This document shows, in pieces, positions 55,410-63,585 of a stretch of DNA of 64,000 nt; positions within the stretch are counted from its first letter, which is position 1; every line of letters starts with the position of its first letter. Under the pieces are notes generated by a model that saw only the letters and a program-made list of their open reading frames with translations, had not been told where the DNA came from and made no database searches. Source of the DNA: a virus (Duplodnaviria; Caudoviricetes). The stretch lies in IMG/VR virus record IMGVR_UViG_3300022074_005559; one strand, given 5' to 3'. The translations under genes were made by a program, and so were the position numbers.

Positions 55410-58400
55410 TTGATGAAGATATTATCCAATACAGTTTTACTTGCTAGTTTCAGTGCTCTTGCCGCTTGTGGCGGTGGAGGCGGCGGCGGAGGCGGTGATA
55501 ACTATACTCCAATCTCTGTGTCCAGTTTAGGTAGTTTGAATACTACAAGTATTTCTAGTGGATTTGCTAGCGTAGTGCAACAAGTAAGTGAAGATGGACT
55601 TGTCACTGCACAGGAAACTGTTGAAATATTTAAGTGGGTGGATGCTAATCAAAATATCAACACTACTGAACTTGCGAAGTACACAGTAGATGTAAATGGC
55701 ACTACATACACACTGCAAGAAGCATGGCATATGCTCAAAGGCTACAAAGCTCTTTACTACGATGGCAAAGAAGACTTTTGGCAGGACATGATGAACACTG
55801 GCGAGTTTGATGATGCTAGCAATGATTATGTAGAACTAAAAGCTCTAGCACAACACGATGATCCTAACTATGCTAAGAAGATTGGCGAAGGTGCAAAAAG
55901 TGTTGATGATTTCAAACAAGACAAAAACGTTGTTACTCTAAGTAGCACTAACACAGACACTATTAACATCACAGGTGATGCAGTAGTTGGCGAACCTACA
56001 GTGACTACAACATACACAGATGCAACAGTAGATACAGTACTCGATGATGGACGCACACAACACGATGTAGTTCGTACATACACACATACCAGCAAAACTC
56101 CTAGCACAGTGCGTACTACAACTGTTACACAAAAGACCTACACATTCAGTGACGGTACTACAAAAGTTGAAAAACTTGCCGAAACACACAGCGATGCAAC
56201 TACATACACTACAACAATCAGCACAGAACAAAAAACTATTTCAACTACATATACTGCGGCGGCAAGCGAGCCAGACTCAGAAGATCCTGCAGAAGAAGAT
56301 ACAACAGAAGAAACTGTAGAAGTTACTGTTGTAAGCACAGATGTTAGTTATGGTGGTAAGACTTGGTTGCGGGTAGACAAGACCTACAGTGATCCTGTTG
56401 TGACTACACAAGACGTTGTAACATATGAAGGTAGTTATAAAGTTACAACTCGTGTTACAACAACTACAAAACAGCAGTGGCACGAACACTTTGACACACA
56501 GGTAAAAACTACACTAACAACCTACAGTGACGGCACTACTAAAACTGAGACCGAAACTGCGATTACTAGCCGCGGCAAAGTACAAAAGCCAGACATTGTT
56601 ACAACCAGCAGTGTTGAGATTGCTCGTGTTAACACTGACGATTATGTAGAAGAAAGTGACCATGCAGACATGGGCACACGCACTCCTGGTTATGTTGCAG
56701 ATGCAAGTCACTATCGTACAGATGAGTTTGCTTATATTAGCAATAAACAACTCAGCGTAAGTAACTTTGATGTTGCATACAGCCGAGGATGGACTGGTAA
56801 AGGTAGTACTATCGTTATTGCCGACACAGGTGCAAACACTGCACACACCGACTTGGATGGTAACATCAAGCATACAAAAGACTTTACTAACACAGGCGTA
56901 GCAACCAATGCAGACCACGGCACACACGTTGCAGGTATTGCGGGTGCAGAACGTAATGGTAGTGGTATGCATGGTGCGGCATTTGATGCAGACATTGCTA
57001 TTGCTAAAGTTGCTGGTGGATACTCTTACAGTTTTGCGAATGCAATCAAAGCGGCGGCTTGGGGTAACACTATAGACAGTGTTGCTATCAATGTTAGTGC
57101 AGAAGTACGTTATGACAGTGCTTTTCGCAACAGCATTGTAAAAACTGCGCCTGGCGAGTATCATAGCACACATTGGTACTATGGTGAAAATGGTTACAAC
57201 GGTGCTGTTATTGAAGCAGGCAAATGGAAAGCCGCACTTGGCGACGAGCAGGTACTTGTTAAGGCAGCAGGCAATGCAGGTTGGGATTACAGTGCTGGCA
57301 TGAACCAGATGGCTACTGCTACAGACGGCAATGGTAACCTAATACTTGATGGACAAATGATCATTGTTGGCAACTATGACGAAAACAACAAGAAGATCAA
57401 CGGTTCAAGCAACAAAGCAGGCACAGTTTGTACAACAATGAAAAATGGTGTGTGTATTGATGCTGCAAAGATCAAAGACTACTACATCATGGCAAATGGT
57501 ACTGCGATAACCAGTACTGCCGCTAACGGCGGCTATGTAACAATGAGTGGTACAAGTATGGCGGCTCCTGTTGTAACAGGTAGTATTGCTATACTGCATC
57601 AAATGTGGCCCTTTATGAAAGGCAAGCACTTGGTACAGTTGGTTTTGGTAACCGGCAATAAAGACATTGCAGGCTATAATGAAAATGTACATGGTCAAGG
57701 CTTGCTAGACATGGACGCCGCTACACGCCCTGTGGGTGCTACAGGCATTCCTACTACAGGACGTACAGATGGCGGCGTAAGCAATGTTGTAGGCGGTGCT
57801 AGCGTTGCAGGTGTAAGTGCAAGCAACTTGCAAGCACTGACTGGCGTAATGGTATTGGACAGTTTCGAACGTGACTTTTACATTGACCTAGGTGATATGG
57901 CACAGGATGTGGATACTCGTACTGCTAGTGTTGCACAGCAAATGGGTGCAGTAAACTACTTTGCAGGATACATGAATCCTAACCAACACATTGCAGTGCC
58001 TTATACACTAACCGAAAACAGCAATGTTACACTAGGTGTTGGTAAGAGTGATGAACATTACTTAGGCAACAGTTTTAGCGGCACACTTGGTACTACAGTA
58101 GATAGTAACACAGTGTATGCTAACTACAACTATCGCAACGGCGGCTTTTACGCACAAGCAGGACTTGGCGTAACAAATGTAAATATGGATAAGACAAACA
58201 GCATGCTTGTTGACGCAGGCACAGTGTTAAGTAGCACAGCAACAGTGGGCTACGAAGTTGTACCAACAGATGGACACACACTAGGGTTTGCTGTAAGTCA
58301 GCCTGTTACTGTTGAACGTGCAGAAATGCAGTACAAGATTCCTACTGGTCGTACTTTGGATGGGCGTGTAGAACACGAACTGCGTACAGTAGATTTCCGT

Positions 58401-58589
58401 AATACAGAACGTGAGATTGATTTAGGAACTTATTACAGTTTTGATATCACACGTACTGGCATCAAGCAAGTAGACCATGTTACTAACATGTTAGGCTTGC
58501 AAGGTGACGTCAGCACATTTGCAGAACTTCGCGGTCTGCAAAAAGAGATTGAAAAACGTGCTGGCGTGAATGTAAACTTAAAGTTCTAA
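55410..58589 (+). CDS. Lipoprotein S8 subtilase with C-terminal beta-barrel-like (autotransporter-like) domain
   Basis: Lipobox LAAC plus poly-Gly; Thr-rich stalk; IADTG (Asp), HGTHVAG (His), AAGN, GTSMAAP (Ser), GQGLLD; ends in Phe. Confidence 0.85.
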   Translation: MMKILSNTVLLASFSALAACGGGGGGGGGDNYTPISVSSLGSLNTTSISSGFASVVQQVSEDGLVTAQETVEIFKWVDANQNINTTELAKYTVDVNGTTYTLQEAWHMLKGYKALYYDGKEDFWQDMMNTGEFDDASNDYVELKALAQHDDPNYAKKIGEGAKSVDDFKQDKNVVTLSSTNTDTINITGDAVVGEPTVTTTYTDATVDTVLDDGRTQHDVVRTYTHTSKTPSTVRTTTVTQKTYTFSDGTTKVEKLAETHSDATTYTTTISTEQKTISTTYTAAASEPDSEDPAEEDTTEETVEVTVVSTDVSYGGKTWLRVDKTYSDPVVTTQDVVTYEGSYKVTTRVTTTTKQQWHEHFDTQVKTTLTTYSDGTTKTETETAITSRGKVQKPDIVTTSSVEIARVNTDDYVEESDHADMGTRTPGYVADASHYRTDEFAYISNKQLSVSNFDVAYSRGWTGKGSTIVIADTGANTAHTDLDGNIKHTKDFTNTGVATNADHGTHVAGIAGAERNGSGMHGAAFDADIAIAKVAGGYSYSFANAIKAAAWGNTIDSVAINVSAEVRYDSAFRNSIVKTAPGEYHSTHWYYGENGYNGAVIEAGKWKAALGDEQVLVKAAGNAGWDYSAGMNQMATATDGNGNLILDGQMIIVGNYDENNKKINGSSNKAGTVCTTMKNGVCIDAAKIKDYYIMANGTAITSTAANGGYVTMSGTSMAAPVVTGSIAILHQMWPFMKGKHLVQLVLVTGNKDIAGYNENVHGQGLLDMDAATRPVGATGIPTTGRTDGGVSNVVGGASVAGVSASNLQALTGVMVLDSFERDFYIDLGDMAQDVDTRTASVAQQMGAVNYFAGYMNPNQHIAVPYTLTENSNVTLGVGKSDEHYLGNSFSGTLGTTVDSNTVYANYNYRNGGFYAQAGLGVTNVNMDKTNSMLVDAGTVLSSTATVGYEVVPTDGHTLGFAVSQPVTVERAEMQYKIPTGRTLDGRVEHELRTVDFRNTEREIDLGTYYSFDITRTGIKQVDHVTNMLGLQGDVSTFAELRGLQKEIEKRAGVNVNLKF

Positions 58590-58590
58590 A

Positions 58591-58767
58591 ATGATAAGCA
58601 AACCAGCAATAGTATTCGCACTAGAAAGCGAAATAAAACACGCAGAGTCATGCCTGCAACCGCATGACACAGGACACATAAACACAGCCATTGGTTGGAT
58701 GCAACATCGTGTCCGCGAACTTAAACAGGAACTAAAGGAACAACATGAAAAAGACATACATCAGTGA
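58591..58767 (+). CDS. Small hypothetical protein (58 aa, not in ORF track)
   Basis: MISKPAIVFALESEIKHAESCLQPHDTGHINTAIGWMQHRVRELKQELKEQHEKDIHQ. Confidence 0.5.
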   Translation: MISKPAIVFALESEIKHAESCLQPHDTGHINTAIGWMQHRVRELKQELKEQHEKDIHQ

Positions 58768-59221
58768 ACAGCAAATCAAAAGTGGTGTACTAGACATCAT
58801 TAGACAAATGTTGCAGGATGACTGGCGTCCTGATTACATTGTAGGCATTACACGAGGCGGACTTATTCCTGCTGTATTGATGAGCCATTATACAGGCATC
58901 AAAATGCATACACTGGATGTCAGACTGCGTGATGGTGGAGAAGATGGTCCTGAATCTAATACATGGCTAGCTGAATATGCAAGCCAAGGTAAAAAAATTC
59001 TTGTGTTAGATGACATCAACGACACAGGAGAAACATTTAAGTGGATTGTGCAGGACTGGCAAGCCAGTGTTATTGACCATATTGATTGGGGCAACACAGT
59101 ACGTTTTGCGGCAATCATCGACAACGTTCCAAGTGAAATGGATGTAGAATACTCTAGCATGGAGATTAACAAGTTGGAAGATCCAAGTTGGATTGTATTT
59201 CCATTTGAGGAGTGGTGGTAA
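58745..59221 (+). CDS. Type I phosphoribosyltransferase (xanthine-guanine PRT-like)
   Basis: VGITRGGLIPA, ILVLDDINDTGET, WIVFPFE. Confidence 0.88.
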   Translation: MKKTYISEQQIKSGVLDIIRQMLQDDWRPDYIVGITRGGLIPAVLMSHYTGIKMHTLDVRLRDGGEDGPESNTWLAEYASQGKKILVLDDINDTGETFKWIVQDWQASVIDHIDWGNTVRFAAIIDNVPSEMDVEYSSMEINKLEDPSWIVFPFEEWW

Positions 59222-59793
59222 TGCTTATACAAGAACATCCAAACTTTGCTACGAAAGATGACCTAGCCGCTATTTGGGCAATCTGTGTTTGCAACGGGCC
59301 ATGGAGATTTGGACAAAAAAGTAATCCAGACACTTTGTATCCGATGTGGCATCAAGGATACTATGACAATAAAACTGAAGAATATCCAGAAGGTATACCT
59401 GACAATGTGATAGAGCTAGGTAAACGTTTTCTCGAACTATGTGGAGAAGATTACATACTAGTTCGTAACATGATGGCTGGTAATACTTTCGGACAAGATG
59501 GTGATATTCACAAGGACTGGTTGCATCCAGGAGAAAGTCTTACTGGTGTGATTTACCTAAATAGAAGATGGGAAGATAACTGGGGAGGCGAAACACTGGT
59601 ATACAGTGAAAATGGTTCTGCGGAGATAAGTAAATTCGAAGCAGGTAAACTCGCAATGTTTGATGGTTACTATGATCATATAGGTAAAGGTCCTCAACGT
59701 GCTTGTGGAGAACTACGTTGCATACTTGCTATACAGGCAGTCAAACGTGACGCATGGGAAAAACATCTTGACAACATGCGCAAAATATCATAA
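59212..59793 (+). CDS. 2OG-Fe(II) oxygenase (prolyl-hydroxylase-like)
   Basis: IHKD, VIYLN..W..NWGGET, DH.G.GP, R. Confidence 0.8.
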   Translation: MVVMLIQEHPNFATKDDLAAIWAICVCNGPWRFGQKSNPDTLYPMWHQGYYDNKTEEYPEGIPDNVIELGKRFLELCGEDYILVRNMMAGNTFGQDGDIHKDWLHPGESLTGVIYLNRRWEDNWGGETLVYSENGSAEISKFEAGKLAMFDGYYDHIGKGPQRACGELRCILAIQAVKRDAWEKHLDNMRKIS

Positions 59794-59796
59794 ACT
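59768..59796 (+). promoter_or_regulatory. Sigma70-type promoter for queD-queE
   Basis: TTGACA-17nt-TAAACT. Confidence 0.65.
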
Positions 59797-59805
59797 ATAC
59801 ACAAT

Positions 59806-59840
59806 AGACGTCACAGGATCGTCCGTCTTAAAACATTCCG
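59806..59840 (+). ncRNA. Candidate preQ1-I-like riboswitch/leader hairpin
   Basis: 5-bp stem AGACG/CGTCT, 13-nt loop TCACAGGATCGTC, A-rich tail TAAAACATTCCG, in the 5' UTR of queD. Confidence 0.3.
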
Positions 59841-59862
59841 ACCATAACAGAAGGAGTGGGTA

Positions 59863-60342
59863 ATGCCCTATACAAGTACAAAAACATACGGACACAACAT
59901 TGGACTCAGTGCAGTGTTTCGTCAACCACATGCAGATCACAGTCATTGTAGATTCTTGCATGGCTACAGTCTAGCATTTAAGTTTACATTTGCATGCAGT
60001 GATTTAGATCACAGAAACTGGGTACAGGACTTTGGTGGACTAAAAGAACTGAAGAAATGGCTTGAAGAACAGTTTGATCACAAAGTTGTTATTGACAGTC
60101 AAGATCCTCACATGGAAGACTTTTATCATCTAGAGAAACTTGGACTTGCAGAGATTACAGTAATGGATGGTGTAGGCGCAGAGAAGTTCGCAGAACATGC
60201 TTGGCGCTTTGCAGATGAACTTGTACGCAATCAAACAGCAGGTCGTGTAAGTTGTGAAAGCGCAGAGTGCAGTGAGCATGGCGCAAACAGTGCAATCTAT
60301 ACACCATGGCAGGTGCGTAAAGAAACATTCACTGATGTATGA
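59863..60342 (+). CDS. queD: 6-carboxy-5,6,7,8-tetrahydropterin synthase
   Basis: HSHCRFLHGY, VQDFGGLK, FDHK, EHGANSA. Confidence 0.9.
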   Translation: MPYTSTKTYGHNIGLSAVFRQPHADHSHCRFLHGYSLAFKFTFACSDLDHRNWVQDFGGLKELKKWLEEQFDHKVVIDSQDPHMEDFYHLEKLGLAEITVMDGVGAEKFAEHAWRFADELVRNQTAGRVSCESAECSEHGANSAIYTPWQVRKETFTDV

Positions 60343-61297
60343 AAGTCCAGTATTTGAAAAAGGTTATCCCTCACATGAAGCAGTTAATAGGAAGCCAGCA
60401 ATGAAACTTAGATACAGTGAAGCGTTTTACAGCGTACAAGGTGAAGGCAAGTTTGTAGGAGTACCCAGTGTGTTCCTACGCACATTTGGTTGTAACTTTC
60501 GTTGTATGAACTTTGGACTAGGCAGAAATGAGCCTAGTAGAGAAGAGAAGCACAATGCAGGACAGCGTTACAACGAAGAAGTAAAATCTTTGATTGACGC
60601 CGGAGTAGATAAAACAACAGAAAAGTTTGAAGACTTGCCTATCATTCACACAGGCTGTGATACATATGCAAGTATCTATCCAGAGTTTAAACATTTTAAC
60701 AAGCAAGCAACAGTTGATGAAGTAGTAGAACATCTGCTATCTCTTACACCTAACGGAAAATGGGTACAGGATAACGGACAAGATGTGCATCTTATCATTA
60801 CCGGCGGTGAGCCATTGTTAGCATGGCAAAGACTTTATGTAGACTTATTCGAACATCCAAAGATGAAGGACTTAAGAAATGTTACTTTTGAAACAAATAC
60901 AACACAAATGCTCTACCCTGAGCTCGCAGACTATTTCAACAATCAGGACAGGATTACAGTCACTTGGTCTTGCTCCCCAAAGTTATCAGTTAGCGGAGAG
61001 TCTTGGACAGACGCTATTAAGCCTGATGTGGCTGTTAGTTATAGCAATGTACGCGGCAGTGACATTTATCTTAAATTTGTCGTGGCTGATAGGGTTGATT
61101 TTGAAGAAGTCACTAAGGCTGTTGAAGAGTATCGTGGCGCCGGGATCGAGTGTCCAGTTTATCTTATGCCGCTTGGCGGACGTTCGGAAGAGTATAGCCT
61201 CAATGTTAAAGATGTCGCCGAAGCATGTATGGAGCGAGGTTGGCGCTTCACACCAAGGCTCCACATCAGTCTCTTCGGAAACGCTTGGGGAACCTAG
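60335..61297 (+). CDS. queE: 7-carboxy-7-deazaguanine synthase (radical SAM); start 60335 or 60401
   Basis: FYSVQGEG, VFLRTFGCNFRC..GCDT, ITGGEPL, ETNT, CSPKL, LKFVV, WRFTPRLH. Confidence 0.9.
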   Translation: MYESPVFEKGYPSHEAVNRKPAMKLRYSEAFYSVQGEGKFVGVPSVFLRTFGCNFRCMNFGLGRNEPSREEKHNAGQRYNEEVKSLIDAGVDKTTEKFEDLPIIHTGCDTYASIYPEFKHFNKQATVDEVVEHLLSLTPNGKWVQDNGQDVHLIITGGEPLLAWQRLYVDLFEHPKMKDLRNVTFETNTTQMLYPELADYFNNQDRITVTWSCSPKLSVSGESWTDAIKPDVAVSYSNVRGSDIYLKFVVADRVDFEEVTKAVEEYRGAGIECPVYLMPLGGRSEEYSLNVKDVAEACMERGWRFTPRLHISLFGNAWGT

Positions 61298-61372
61298 TCC
61301 TGTACAGGATAAAAACAAAAAAGCAATGGCTGAGCCATTGGATGTAGATAAAATAAGAAAGGCAGGATATTA

Positions 61373-61537
61373 ATGAAAATATTTGTTAAACCAGCACTAA
61401 CATCAGCAAGTGCTTTCTGTTTAATGCTTGTAGCATTTAAATGGGGAGAAGGAATGATGATGTTAGCAGGATTGCTAATGCTAGCACATGCTGTCTGGGA
61501 TATTGCAGAAACAGTTAAGGATCGTCAAGATGTTTGA
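61373..61537 (+). CDS. Small 2-TM protein (54 aa, not in ORF track)
   Basis: AGGA SD; MKIFVKPALTSASAFCLMLVAFKWGEGMMMLAGLLMLAHAVWDIAETVKDRQDV. Confidence 0.5.
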   Translation: MKIFVKPALTSASAFCLMLVAFKWGEGMMMLAGLLMLAHAVWDIAETVKDRQDV

Positions 61538-61877
61538 TAAACTTTTTGGTAAGAAAAAAGAAGAACCTAAAAAGACAGTTGCTAAGAAAAAGAAAAGCGA
61601 GAAAGAACTCGCAACTGAACAAGGCGAACCTTGGGTAAGTGTACTAGGCATGGAACTGCATGAAGACAGTCTAGAACAAGGTGCATTTGAACTTGATTGG
61701 AATGACCTATTTGTTGCTAAACTTGTTCGTGCAGGCTATCCAGGTAAAACAGACGCAGACATTGTAGATAACTGGTTCCAGGATGTATGTCGTAACATTG
61801 TTATGGAAAGTTACGAAAAGGAACAAGCAATGAACAATGTAGAAAACATAGACGAGCACAGAAACGCTTATAAATGA
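61530..61877 (+). CDS. Conserved hypothetical phage protein
   Basis: MFDKLFGKKK..GEPWVSV..GAFELDWND..IVDNWF. Confidence 0.6.
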   Translation: MFDKLFGKKKEEPKKTVAKKKKSEKELATEQGEPWVSVLGMELHEDSLEQGAFELDWNDLFVAKLVRAGYPGKTDADIVDNWFQDVCRNIVMESYEKEQAMNNVENIDEHRNAYK

Positions 61878-62578
61878 TTTACATAAATGGTGATAGCCAT
61901 AGTGCCGGAGCAGAACTAGTAAAAGACTACTGTTTTGCAGAAGATGATCCTAGATATGGTGCGTGGGGCAGACGCCCACATCCCGAGTCGACTCCTTTAA
62001 CTTTTGGTTATAAACTAGCCCAGACCTTAAACCAGCCTTTTCATACAGACGCCGAAAGTGCAAGCAGTAATGCAAGAATACTAAGAACAGCAACAAAGTT
62101 TGTAGAAGAAACAAATAACAAACGAGATTTATTTGTTCTAATAGGATGGACTACATGGGAGCGTGAAGAATGGAAATACGGAGAAGATTACTTGCAAGTC
62201 ACAGCAAGTGGTACAGATTCTGTGCCAGAAAATATGGTAGAAGAATACAAAAAGTGGGTAATAAAGCAAACACCACAAGAGCTAGAACGTAAAAAGTTAT
62301 ATTGGCAAAATCTTATAATGGAGTTCAGTAGCAACCTAGACGATCTAGGAATAAAGCATTTATTCTTTACTACAGATGAATATACACAATACCTTAAAGA
62401 ACATGGTTACCAAACTGTAAACAACGGGTATCATTTCGGAGTTGATGGTCATGTTGCTTGGTACAAAAAACTTTTACCTGAGATACAAAGTCAATACACA
62501 ATCAAAACAGGCTTGACAAATACACCAAAACGTAGTATAGTAACTAAAGCTAAACAACAGTTTAAAGGTTTTAACTAA
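61874..62578 (+). CDS. SGNH/GDSL-like hydrolase-fold protein
   Basis: YINGDSHSAG, ASSN, IGWTTWER, YHFGVDGH. Confidence 0.5.
   Translation: MIYINGDSHSAGAELVKDYCFAEDDPRYGAWGRRPHPESTPLTFGYKLAQTLNQPFHTDAESASSNARILRTATKFVEETNNKRDLFVLIGWTTWEREEWKYGEDYLQVTASGTDSVPENMVEEYKKWVIKQTPQELERKKLYWQNLIMEFSSNLDDLGIKHLFFTTDEYTQYLKEHGYQTVNNGYHFGVDGHVAWYKKLLPEIQSQYTIKTGLTNTPKRSIVTKAKQQFKGFN
62513..62541 (+). promoter_or_regulatory. Sigma70-type promoter
   Basis: TTGACA-17nt-TATAGT embedded in the 3' end of the previous ORF. Confidence 0.65.
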
Positions 62579-63585
62579 TGGCAACTTATCTACTAGTTGA
62601 TACTATGAATACATTCTTTCGTGCTAGACATGTAGTGCGAGGAGATGCTGAGACAAAGATTGGCATGGCTATTCATATCACACTAAACGCCGTCAATAAA
62701 TGTTATCGCAAGTTCAATGCAGATCATGTTGTATTTGCCCTAGAAGGACGCAGTTGGCGCAAAGACTTCTATACTCCATACAAAAAGAATAGAAGCGACA
62801 AGCGGGCGGCACAGAGCCCTACAGAGCAAGAAGAGGACGCATTGTTCTTTGAGGCGTATGATGACTTCTTAAAGTTTATTGATGAACGCACAAACTGTAG
62901 TGCTATGCGCTGTGAGATTGCTGAAGCAGATGATATCATTGCACGTTTCATCGCACTACATCCTAATGATACACACGTTATTGTAAGCAGTGACACAGAC
63001 TTTGTACAGTTGATTACACCTACAGTGCATCAGTACAACGGTATCACAAACGAGTTGATCAAGATTGATGGCGTAGTAGACGATGAAGGCAAGCCTGTGT
63101 TGGATAAAAAAACAGGGGAACAAAAAGTTCCTGCTGATCCTCAGTATCAACTGTTTAAGAAATGCATGCGTGGTGATCCTACAGACAATGTGTTTAGTGC
63201 GTATCCTGGTGTGCGTGAGAAAGGCAGTAGCAAAAAAGTTGGACTAGTAGAAGCATATGCAGACAAAAACAGCAAAGGCTTTGCTTGGAACAATCTTATG
63301 CTACAGCGTTGGACAGATCACAATGGCGAAGAGCATCGTGTACTTGACGACTATGAGCGCAATGTAGTGCTTGTGGATTTGACTGCACAGCCCGCAGAGA
63401 TTCGTGATTATGTTGATGACATTATCCGTGAAGGTGCTAGTGCAAAAAACAAGCCTATGGTAGGGGCACACTTTTTAAAGTTCTGTGGTAAGTGGGATAT
63501 GCAACGCATTGCAGATAACGCACAACAGTTTGCAGAACTGTTAAATGCAAACTATGTGGAGGATAAAGATGCAGTTCGTGGCTAA
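62578..63585 (+). CDS. rnh: 5'-3' exonuclease / T4 RNase H-like (FEN/PIN fold)
   Basis: LLVDTMN, ALEG.SWRK..Y..YK.NR, EADDII, VSSDTDF.QL, RGD.TDNV. Confidence 0.9.
   Translation: MATYLLVDTMNTFFRARHVVRGDAETKIGMAIHITLNAVNKCYRKFNADHVVFALEGRSWRKDFYTPYKKNRSDKRAAQSPTEQEEDALFFEAYDDFLKFIDERTNCSAMRCEIAEADDIIARFIALHPNDTHVIVSSDTDFVQLITPTVHQYNGITNELIKIDGVVDDEGKPVLDKKTGEQKVPADPQYQLFKKCMRGDPTDNVFSAYPGVREKGSSKKVGLVEAYADKNSKGFAWNNLMLQRWTDHNGEEHRVLDDYERNVVLVDLTAQPAEIRDYVDDIIREGASAKNKPMVGAHFLKFCGKWDMQRIADNAQQFAELLNANYVEDKDAVRG

Noticed and set aside
55467-55496. GGN repeat as a simple-sequence contingency locus
   Set aside because: Mixed synonymous codons encode a poly-Gly linker after the lipobox; not a perfect repeat tract
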